Source of the DNA: a virus
Virus record (IMG/VR): IMGVR_UViG_3300042888_001941
Coordinates: 32,001 to 96,000 of that record
Length of the DNA: 64,000 bases
Direction: 5' to 3' (one strand)
Positions 55,799-64,000 of this stretch are shown piece by piece (position 1 is the first letter of the stretch; each line of letters opens with the position of its first letter). The notes beneath the pieces were generated by a model. The model ran no database searches, had not been told where the DNA came from, and worked only from the letters and a program-made list of their open reading frames with translations. Both the position numbers and the translations under genes were made by a program.

Positions 55799-57124
55799 AT
55801 GCCATCCAATTACGTACTTCTTCAACGCATTGAGTTAAACGCCTCTGCAGCAAGCGTTACATTTTCTAGCATCCCACAAACTGGCTATACCGATTTGAAG
55901 GTGGTTTGGTCAGGAAGATTGAGCGATGCTTCTACTGCAACTTACTGTAAACTTACATTCAACGGAAGCGCAGCAAACTTTACTGCAAAAAGATTAGCGG
56001 GAAGTGGTAGTGCTACGACAAGCGGTGATTTACCTCAATGGTCAGGTACTGCTCCTGGTACAAATGCTACTTCTAATACATTTTCTAATGTAGAATTTTA
56101 TATTCCAAACTATACAAGTTCCAATTATAAATCTTATAGTCTTGACACTGTTACAGAAAATAATGCAACAGAGGCATACGCTGAATTAGGCGCTGGTTTA
56201 TGGTCTGATACTGCTGCTATCACATCTATTACATTGACAGGAAATGCTGGTTCTTTTCTACAATACAGCACCTTCTCGCTATACGGCCTAGCAGACGTAA
56301 ATACCACGCCTGCTATCGCGCCTAAGGCTAGCGGTGGAAGCATTACCACAGACGGTACCTATTGGATTCATACGTTTAATTCAACAGGAACATTTACTCC
56401 TGCAGTGGCTCTTACTTGTGACTATCTTGTAGTTGCAGGTGGCGGTGGTGGTGGTGGTTCTGCTGCTGGTGGCGGTGGTGCTGGAGGATTGCGCTCAACA
56501 GTTACCGCAACAGGCGGCGGTGGATCTTTAGAATCTGCTTTGACTTTAACCGCTAGCACTAATTACACAGTTACAGTTGGTGCTGGTGGTGCTGTAGCTG
56601 CTGCGGTTAGCACAAAAGGAACATCTGGTGCTAATTCTATATTTTCAACTATAACCGCAACTGGCGGCGGCGGTGGCGGTGCTTTTACTGCGGTGGATGG
56701 TCTTACAGGTGGTTCTGGCGGCGGCGGTGGATTTGCTACTGGTGTTGGTGGTACTGGAACAACCAATCAAGGTTTTGCTGGACAGGCTTTTGTCAGCGGC
56801 GATAGTTCAAGTAACTTTATAGCTGGTGCAGGTGGCGGTGCTGGTGCTACTGGTTCTGGTGGTACAGGTGGTAATGGAGTTGCAACTTCAATAACAGGTT
56901 CTTCAGTAACCTACGCCGGCGGTGGCGGCGGTGGAGTGGGCTTCGATGTAACTGCTAAATTAGGCGGTTCAGGCGGTGGTGGCACAGGTTCTAGGAGAAA
57001 CACATCTGCTGGAACATCTGGAACAGCAAACACAGGCGGCGGTGGCGGCGCGGCAGACCTCGCTAGTGTTGGCGGTGGCAACGGCGGTTCAGGCATAGTA
57101 ATTATCAGATACACGATTGCATAA
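55799..57124 (+). CDS. type C tip protein fused to a glycine-rich domain
   Basis: 'YTDLKVVWSGR..TSNTFSNVEFYIPNY' then Gly-rich domain. Confidence 0.78.
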   Translation: MPSNYVLLQRIELNASAASVTFSSIPQTGYTDLKVVWSGRLSDASTATYCKLTFNGSAANFTAKRLAGSGSATTSGDLPQWSGTAPGTNATSNTFSNVEFYIPNYTSSNYKSYSLDTVTENNATEAYAELGAGLWSDTAAITSITLTGNAGSFLQYSTFSLYGLADVNTTPAIAPKASGGSITTDGTYWIHTFNSTGTFTPAVALTCDYLVVAGGGGGGGSAAGGGGAGGLRSTVTATGGGGSLESALTLTASTNYTVTVGAGGAVAAAVSTKGTSGANSIFSTITATGGGGGGAFTAVDGLTGGSGGGGGFATGVGGTGTTNQGFAGQAFVSGDSSSNFIAGAGGGAGATGSGGTGGNGVATSITGSSVTYAGGGGGGVGFDVTAKLGGSGGGGTGSRRNTSAGTSGTANTGGGGGAADLASVGGGNGGSGIVIIRYTIA

Positions 57125-57136
57125 AGGAGCACAACA

Positions 57137-57505
57137 ATGGCACACTACGCTTTCCTAGACGATAACAATATCGTCACCGAGGTTATCGTTGGCAAGAACG
57201 AAGGCGAAGACGGTATTGACTGGGAGCAGCACTACGGTGACTTCCGCGGTCAGGTGTGTAAGCGCACCTCCTACAACACACAGGGCGGAGTCCACAACAA
57301 TGGCGGAACTCCATACCGTAAAAATTACGCGGGAATAGGGTACTCTTATGATGCATCTCGGGACGCCTTTGTTCCACCCAAGCCCTTTGCGAGCTGGTCT
57401 CTAAATGAAACCTCGTGTATCTGGGAGCCGCCTGTGGCGTACCCAACAGATGACAAGGCGTACTCATGGAATGAGTCAACAACTTCTTGGGAAGAAATAG
57501 CGTAG
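57137..57505 (+). CDS. small protein associated with glycine-rich fibre genes
   Basis: 'MAHYAF..RTSYN..RKNYAGIGYSYD..DAFVPPKP'. Confidence 0.75.
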   Translation: MAHYAFLDDNNIVTEVIVGKNEGEDGIDWEQHYGDFRGQVCKRTSYNTQGGVHNNGGTPYRKNYAGIGYSYDASRDAFVPPKPFASWSLNETSCIWEPPVAYPTDDKAYSWNESTTSWEEIA

Positions 57506-57556
57506 AAATCTCAATCATTATGGCGGGAAACGCGCTATAATATGCACATCACATAA

Positions 57557-57925
<369 letters not shown>

Positions 57926-57928
57926 CGC

Positions 57929-58258
57929 ATGCCAACAGTTTATAAAACCCTCGGGCAGTCAAATCCTTCTGCTACAACAAATGCCTCACTGTACACGGTG
58001 CCTGCAACAACATCAACTGTTGTCTCAACAGTGACAGTATGCAACCAGGCGTCTACTGCAGGAACCTTCCGTATCGCGATTCGTCCTGCAGGCGCATCTA
58101 TTGCTGCTCAGCATTACATCGCGTACGACACTCCAATTGCGGCGAATGACACCATTGCATTGACTTTAGGCATTACCCTTGCGACGACAGACGTAGTTAC
58201 GGTTTACGCCTCCAGCGCAACAATGTCATTTTCAGCATTCGGTTCTGAAATTTCGTAA
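57929..58258 (+). CDS. small beta-rich adaptor-like virion protein
   Basis: 'SLYTVP..TVVSTVTVCN..IAANDT..FSAFGSEI'. Confidence 0.7.
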   Translation: MPTVYKTLGQSNPSATTNASLYTVPATTSTVVSTVTVCNQASTAGTFRIAIRPAGASIAAQHYIAYDTPIAANDTIALTLGITLATTDVVTVYASSATMSFSAFGSEIS

Positions 58259-58270
58259 GGAGACTAACTC

Positions 58271-58885
58271 ATGGCAGTTAGTCGTCTCTCTCAACAGAGT
58301 ATTCAACAGTCTTTTCCTAAAGGGAACACCTTATGGGACGGCACTACTGCTACGTCTGCGTTTGATAGTTTAGGGACTGTCTATGTTTCTTCTTCTGGCA
58401 GTGTAGGCATCGCGTCATTCACAAACGTGCCTCAGACGTACACTCACCTTCAACTGCGTCTTTGCGTTGTTGAATCAACTGCAGATTCATATTTTTTAGC
58501 TACGTACAACAGTGACACTGCTCAAGCAAACTATCCTCGTCATCGCCTTTGGGGTAATGGCGCTTCTGTCGGATCTAACTCGGCAGTCAACGTTGATGCT
58601 TCTACTAGAAGCGCTATGCTTGGATCACCATTGTACAGTACTACGCACCCTGGGGTAGTTATTGCCGACATACTAGACTACGCCAATACAAGCAAGAACA
58701 AGACTACCATGTCATTTTTTGGACAGGACGCTAATGGAAGCGGTATAGTCGAGCTTCATTCAAGCGTCTGGCTTAACACCGCCGCAATAACAAGAGTCGA
58801 TGTTCGTTGTAACCTGGCTGGCGGCGGCTCTGGTTCATCTACATTTAACGCTGGCTCGACAATTTCTCTGTACGGAGTTAAATAA
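58271..58885 (+). CDS. type A tip protein
   Basis: 'YTHLQLR..ILDYANTSKNKT..SLYGVK'. Confidence 0.75.
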   Translation: MAVSRLSQQSIQQSFPKGNTLWDGTTATSAFDSLGTVYVSSSGSVGIASFTNVPQTYTHLQLRLCVVESTADSYFLATYNSDTAQANYPRHRLWGNGASVGSNSAVNVDASTRSAMLGSPLYSTTHPGVVIADILDYANTSKNKTTMSFFGQDANGSGIVELHSSVWLNTAAITRVDVRCNLAGGGSGSSTFNAGSTISLYGVK

Positions 58886-58887
58886 AA

Positions 58888-60255
58888 GTGGCTACCTACA
58901 AACCTCTGCAGTCAATCACTTTAACGTCAAACGCGTCAAGCGTTACTTTTTCTGGCATTTCGCAAGACTATACTGATTTAGTACTAGTTTCACAGACCCA
59001 GCAAGTAACATCAGGTGAAGATTTGGCAATTAGATTCAATAATGATTCTACTTCTATATACTCAAGAACGTACATCTGCGGCGATGGGTCAACCGCGCAC
59101 AGTGGAAGAAGCACAAGTCAGACTTATATAATTCTTGACCACCATGGGACACCGCCAACCTCAACAAGTTTTGGTAGTTCAATAGTTAATATACCGAACT
59201 ATTCAAACACTACTTTAAATAAAACGGTGCTCAACAGAAATGGTTCTATTGATTCATCACCAGCAGTGGCTACTGTTTCAAACGTAGGGCTATGGCGCTC
59301 AACGTCAGCAATTACTTCAATTACAGTTCTTTGCACGAATTCAAGTAATCTAAAAGCAGGCTCTACCTTTGACTTGTATGGAATTAAGTCAGGTACTCCA
59401 AAAGCTATTGGCGGAGATATCACTACTACTGATGGAACATATTGGTACCACGCATTTAAAAGCACCGGAGCATTTACAGTTCAACAAGGAGCTTCTTTAT
59501 CTGTTGACTACCTAGTTATCGCTGGTGGCGGTGGTGGCGGCAGCGTTGGAACACAAGGTGGCGGTGGTGGAGCTGGAGGATTGCGCTCAACAGTAACTGC
59601 AACTGGCGGAGGCGGATCATTAGAATCTGCTATCACTCTTGCTGGAGGAAGTGTTACAACTGTAGTTGTTGGCGCTGGCGGAGAAGTTGATAGCCAAGGA
59701 AGCAACTCATCATTTTCTACTATTACATCAACAGGTGGCGGTAGAGGCGGACATTACTCTTCAACAACTGGTGGAGATGGCGGTTCAGGTGGTGGCGCAG
59801 GAGCTGGCGCTGGTGGAACATACGTAGGCGGAGCAGCTTCTCCAAGTGGACAAGGTTACGCAGGCGGTGGTTCACCTGGCTCTAGTGGAAATCATCGTGG
59901 AGGTGGCGGCGGCGGAGCAGGCGCTGTTGGCGCAACAGCATCTACTAACGCTGGTGCAGGTGGCGCAGGCGTAGCTATTTCAGCTTTCGCGTCTGCAACT
60001 GGAACTGGTGTAAGTAACTTCTACGCTGGTGGCGGAGGAGGAGGCTCTCAATCAAACACTGCAACTGCTGGAGCTGGTGGCTCAGGTGGCGGCGGCTCAG
60101 GAGCTAAAGATGACCCAGGTGGAAACGTAACTGCGCATGCGACAGCAGGAACTGCAAATACTGGTGGAGGCGGTGGTGGCAGAGCTGGAAGTGGCACTGT
60201 AAGCACAGTTGGAAGAGGCGGTTCAGGTATTGTAATTGTGAGGTATGCAGTATGA
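58888..60255 (+). CDS. type B tip protein fused to a glycine-rich domain
   Basis: 'TYKPLQS..YTDLVLV..GSTFDLYGIK' plus Gly-rich domain. Confidence 0.78.
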   Translation: MATYKPLQSITLTSNASSVTFSGISQDYTDLVLVSQTQQVTSGEDLAIRFNNDSTSIYSRTYICGDGSTAHSGRSTSQTYIILDHHGTPPTSTSFGSSIVNIPNYSNTTLNKTVLNRNGSIDSSPAVATVSNVGLWRSTSAITSITVLCTNSSNLKAGSTFDLYGIKSGTPKAIGGDITTTDGTYWYHAFKSTGAFTVQQGASLSVDYLVIAGGGGGGSVGTQGGGGGAGGLRSTVTATGGGGSLESAITLAGGSVTTVVVGAGGEVDSQGSNSSFSTITSTGGGRGGHYSSTTGGDGGSGGGAGAGAGGTYVGGAASPSGQGYAGGGSPGSSGNHRGGGGGGAGAVGATASTNAGAGGAGVAISAFASATGTGVSNFYAGGGGGGSQSNTATAGAGGSGGGGSGAKDDPGGNVTAHATAGTANTGGGGGGRAGSGTVSTVGRGGSGIVIVRYAV

Positions 60256-61634
60256 GTCTAGAAACTATGACAAAGATCTCTACTATAACTGTAGGTGCAG
60301 GAGGCTCTGCTTCTATTTCTTTTTCTAATATTCCTCAAGGTTACACCGATCTTGTACTAAAACTTTCAACAAGAACAGATGCGTCTGGCTGGACAACTAC
60401 AGGCTTGGTTTTGACTTTTAACGGGAGCAGCGCATCTACGTACAGCAGACGCACTCTTTACAACACATCAGCTGGCTCTGCTGGCAGCGATAGCACCTCA
60501 TCTACTACTTCATTTACTGGAGGAATTGTTTCTTGTGGTGCAAGCGCAACTTCTAATACCTTTGGCACGGCAAATATCTACATACCTAATTATTCTGATT
60601 TTAATAGTAAAAATATATCTGTAGAATCTGTAAGTGAAAATAACGGAACAGACACTGCTCAAACGTACACTTTCGGCTTGTTTGCAAATCCTGCTCCTAT
60701 TACGTCATTAACTCTTATAGACGCAAATGGCGGATCTTTTGTTCAACACTCTATAGCAACTCTTTACGGGGTTAAAGACACTATAAAAACCGCAGGCAAC
60801 TCAATCAAAGCAACTGGTGGAAACATATTCTACGATGGCACCTACGTCTACCATGCTTTCATGTCGACTGGTTCTTTTGCCCCCACTCAACGACTAACCG
60901 CAGACATTCTTCAAATAGCTGGTGGAGGTGGCGGTGGCGGTAACAATGGTGGCGGTGGTGGCGGTGCAGGCGGTCTTCTGTACTATGCAGCGCAAACACT
61001 CGCTCCAAACACATCTTACACTTGCACGGTAGGCGGTGGCGGAAGCGCTGGAGCTACTAATGCTCGAGGCGGACAAGGTAGCTCGTCTCAGTTCTATAAC
61101 CTTACGTCTTCTAATGGCGGAGGCGGTGGTGGTTCAGAAGGTGGAACTACTGCGGGTGGCTCTGGCGGCTCAGGCGGCGGCGCTGCTTCGTCTGGTGGCT
61201 CTACTGCTTCTGGTGGATCTGCAACTCCTTCAGGCCAAGGTAACGCTGGTGGTAACTCTGCAACAGATGGCTCAGGTCGCGCAGGTGGCGGTGGCGGTGG
61301 AGCAGGTGCTGCAGGACAATCAGGTTACCAGTCAGGCGGACCAAACTACTCCGGTGGTGACGGAGGAGACGGCTCATCTGCTTACTCATCTTGGGGAGCA
61401 GCTACTGGTTTAGGCGCATTGTCTGGTGGAACTTATTGGTTTGCTGGTGGAGGAGCTGGCCAGTCTGCATTCTATGTTAGCGGTCGTGCTGGCCGTGGTG
61501 GTGGCGGAGGAAGACTAGAAAATGGTCAACCAAATACTGGCGGCGGCGGTGGCGGAGACAACTATCGCGGCGGTGGAACTTTCACCTCTTCAACTGGAGG
61601 CTCAGGAATTATCATTGTGAGATACAAAGGCTAA
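60252..61634 (+). CDS. type C tip protein fused to a glycine-rich domain
   Basis: 'YTDLVLKLSTR..TSNTFG..IYIPNY' plus Gly-rich domain. Confidence 0.78.
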   Translation: MSLETMTKISTITVGAGGSASISFSNIPQGYTDLVLKLSTRTDASGWTTTGLVLTFNGSSASTYSRRTLYNTSAGSAGSDSTSSTTSFTGGIVSCGASATSNTFGTANIYIPNYSDFNSKNISVESVSENNGTDTAQTYTFGLFANPAPITSLTLIDANGGSFVQHSIATLYGVKDTIKTAGNSIKATGGNIFYDGTYVYHAFMSTGSFAPTQRLTADILQIAGGGGGGGNNGGGGGGAGGLLYYAAQTLAPNTSYTCTVGGGGSAGATNARGGQGSSSQFYNLTSSNGGGGGGSEGGTTAGGSGGSGGGAASSGGSTASGGSATPSGQGNAGGNSATDGSGRAGGGGGGAGAAGQSGYQSGGPNYSGGDGGDGSSAYSSWGAATGLGALSGGTYWFAGGGAGQSAFYVSGRAGRGGGGGRLENGQPNTGGGGGGDNYRGGGTFTSSTGGSGIIIVRYKG

Positions 61635-61694
61635 CGCAAAACTAACACCGCAGGAAAACGCAGTATAATTTTTAACTGAGCAAAGGATACAGAG

Positions 61695-62255
61695 ATGGCG
61701 ATTAGAAGGTTTAGCACTGCAAGCATCAGTGCAGGCACTAATAAGTCGACTAAACTCTGGGATCAAGAGACCTTTCAAAGTGGAATGTTTGCGCTTGCTA
61801 CTGTGAGTTTAAGCACGTCTGCTTCTAGCATTTCTTTTACTGGCATTCCAACAGATTACACACACTTACAAGTACGTGGACTTCATAAGCACTCTGGGAG
61901 CGGCGCGTGGGCAACCATTGAACTTAATTCAGACACGACTGCCTCGAACTATACTTACCACAGATTATCTGGTGATGGTTCTACTGCATTTGCAGAAGCG
62001 AACGCTAGTTTGAATCGTTGTTTCACCTCTTACCCACACTGGGGTTCTGCCATAATTGATGTATTGGATTACGCCAACACAAGTAAGAACACTACAATTC
62101 GCACGCTTGGCAGCTGGGATGGTAATGGGTCAGGTGAAGTCAATTATGTTTCTAACCTATGGAAGAACACAGCAGCGGTTACAACTTTGACCATTAACCT
62201 ATCCTCTTTTGTGCAGTACAGCCACTTTGCACTTTATGGAATTAAGGCGGCCTAA
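61695..62255 (+). CDS. type A tip protein
   Basis: 'YTHLQVR..VLDYANTSKNTT..YSHFALYGIK'. Confidence 0.75.
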   Translation: MAIRRFSTASISAGTNKSTKLWDQETFQSGMFALATVSLSTSASSISFTGIPTDYTHLQVRGLHKHSGSGAWATIELNSDTTASNYTYHRLSGDGSTAFAEANASLNRCFTSYPHWGSAIIDVLDYANTSKNTTIRTLGSWDGNGSGEVNYVSNLWKNTAAVTTLTINLSSFVQYSHFALYGIKAA

Positions 62256-63638
62256 ATGCCAATAACAACTACGCCAAACGGCGGTCCTCAAGGGGAGTTT
62301 AGCACTTACACTCCTATTTACGCGCAGACTTTATCTAGTGCTGCTGCCACAGTAACACTCTCAAATATTCCTACTACATACACAGATCTTAGAATCGTTG
62401 TTTCACCGGCAAGCAGCGACAATCTGTACGGAATGGATATGGTATTTAATGCAGACACCGCTTCTAATTACTCAATGACGGAGTTAAGAGGAAACGGAAC
62501 TTCTGCCCTTTCGAGCAGATTGTCCAATCAAACAAAAGCGTGGATTTATTACAACATCAACCCAGGAACTACTCTAGGCGATAACACAGTTCTTATTGAC
62601 GTGGTTAACTACGCCAACACCACAACCTTTAAGACTGCATTTTCTAGGTTTAATTCAATGGGTGGGTCATATCAAGGAACAGGCGGAATCGTAAACTTAT
62701 GGCGCAAGACCCCTGAAGCTATTACAAGCATTAAACTATCTATGACTGGCGCTAATTTTAAGATTGGCTCAACATTTACACTTTACGGAATCAAAGCAGC
62801 CGCCCCTGCTCCTAAGGCAACTGGTGGAGATGGAGTCTACACAGACGGTACTTATTGGTATCATGTATTTAACAGCTCTGGAATTCTTGATGTGCGACAA
62901 GATCTTACTTGCGATTACCTTGTAGTTGCAGGTGGCGCAGGCGCGGGCTACTTGTCTGGTGGTGGCGGAGCTGGGGGTTACAGGCACTTCACCTCTCAGT
63001 CTCTAACAGCAAAACAGTATCCAGTAGTAATAGGAGCGGGTGGCGCTAAAGCAAGCGTTACACGTACTTCAGGAGCAAACGGCAGTAATACGTCTTTTAA
63101 TTCTGTATCTTCAACTGGTGGTGGACACGGTTCTTTTGAAGACGGTAACGCTAATGCTGGCCTTGCAGCTAGTGCGGGTGGTTCTGGTGGTGGAGCACCA
63201 GTAGCAGAGCCGAGCAACGCGTACGGCGCAGGTAACGCGGGAGGTTACACTCCAGTTGAAGGTTACCGTGGTGGCGGTGGAACAGGAGACCGTAATTACA
63301 ACAATGGAGCTGGCGGCGGTGGTGGTTCTTCTGCAGTTGGTGGAAATGGTACAACGTCTTCCGGCGGTGCAGGTGGCGCTGGAACTTTAAATTCAATCTC
63401 GGGAACTGCAGTCTACTATGCAACAGGTGGCGGTGGAGCTTTTAACTTTAATGGGTCTCATGGAAGTGGCCTAGCAAACCTTCAAAGCGGCTCTGGAGGC
63501 AGCAGTAGCAGTGGAACTACTGCAGGAACTGGTAATCCAAACACTGGAAATGGCGCTGGCGGCAGATATAATGGCGGAACTGCTAGTGATTCTGCATCTG
63601 GTGGCTCAGGAGTTGTAATTGTGAGGTACGCGGTCTAA
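62256..63638 (+). CDS. type B tip protein fused to a glycine-rich domain
   Basis: 'TYTPIY..YTDLRIV..GSTFTLYGIK' plus Gly-rich domain. Confidence 0.78.
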   Translation: MPITTTPNGGPQGEFSTYTPIYAQTLSSAAATVTLSNIPTTYTDLRIVVSPASSDNLYGMDMVFNADTASNYSMTELRGNGTSALSSRLSNQTKAWIYYNINPGTTLGDNTVLIDVVNYANTTTFKTAFSRFNSMGGSYQGTGGIVNLWRKTPEAITSIKLSMTGANFKIGSTFTLYGIKAAAPAPKATGGDGVYTDGTYWYHVFNSSGILDVRQDLTCDYLVVAGGAGAGYLSGGGGAGGYRHFTSQSLTAKQYPVVIGAGGAKASVTRTSGANGSNTSFNSVSSTGGGHGSFEDGNANAGLAASAGGSGGGAPVAEPSNAYGAGNAGGYTPVEGYRGGGGTGDRNYNNGAGGGGGSSAVGGNGTTSSGGAGGAGTLNSISGTAVYYATGGGGAFNFNGSHGSGLANLQSGSGGSSSSGTTAGTGNPNTGNGAGGRYNGGTASDSASGGSGVVIVRYAV

Positions 63639-64000
63639 TGGCTAATACACTTATTCCTATTCAGACTTATACACTTAGTTCAACTACTAACTCAGTGACA
63701 TTTTCCAATATCCCGCAAAATTATACTGACTTAAAGTTAGTTGTTAGTGGGCGTACTTCGCGTGCGGATAACGGCGACTATGCTCTATTGAGTCTTAATG
63801 GCGCTGAAGGCAACTCTGCAAGAGGTATCTGGGGTTATGGAACAACGATACTTTCAGACGACACAACTAACAATGCGTTAATTGTTCCTGGTAATACTGC
63901 AACGGCATCCACATTCAGCAATTTAGAAGTTCACTGCCCAAACTACACAAGTACTACAAGTAAGTCTGTGTCTATAGACGCTTCAGCAGAAGATAATGCG
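63638..64000 (+). CDS. type C tip protein (partial, runs off window end)
   Basis: MANTLIPIQT..IPQNYTDLKLVVSGR..TASTFSNLEV..PNYTS. Confidence 0.75.
   Translation, partial: MANTLIPIQTYTLSSTTNSVTFSNIPQNYTDLKLVVSGRTSRADNGDYALLSLNGAEGNSARGIWGYGTTILSDDTTNNALIVPGNTATASTFSNLEVHCPNYTSTTSKSVSIDASAEDNA

Overview
This window is a 64-kb piece of a large tailed dsDNA phage. The host is probably actinobacterial: it carries two WhiB genes, a DUF3039-like gene and many leaderless -10-only promoters. A freshwater acI-like host is inferred from a host-type S-layer-like gene. Layout: (1) 1-8 kb, a mostly leftward arm with a MoxR-type AAA+ ATPase, small genes sharing one promoter/leader motif, a catalytically altered CHAP protein, a terminase-small-like gene, a holin and a glycosyltransferase. 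(2) 8-32 kb, surface and auxiliary genes: a PA14/Fn3 surface protein, the S-layer-like protein, WhiB x2, class II RNR, a sugar-modification cluster, tRNA-Gly(GCC), thioredoxin and a candidate structured ncRNA. (3) 32-64 kb, an unusually large set of Gly-X-Thr collagen-like fibres and glycine-rich tip proteins, plus a serine recombinase, CHAP endolysin, secreted HNH nuclease, primase-helicase and metallophosphoesterase. The strongest candidates for new biology are a modular plug-and-socket branched fibre system with a three-gene A-B-C cassette repeated four times, a strand-polarised octamer YGCGGTGA that ignores gene direction and flips orientation twice, and a ~225-nt promoter-driven structured RNA. 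All family calls come from reading motifs by eye. No searches were run, and motif counts are hand counts.
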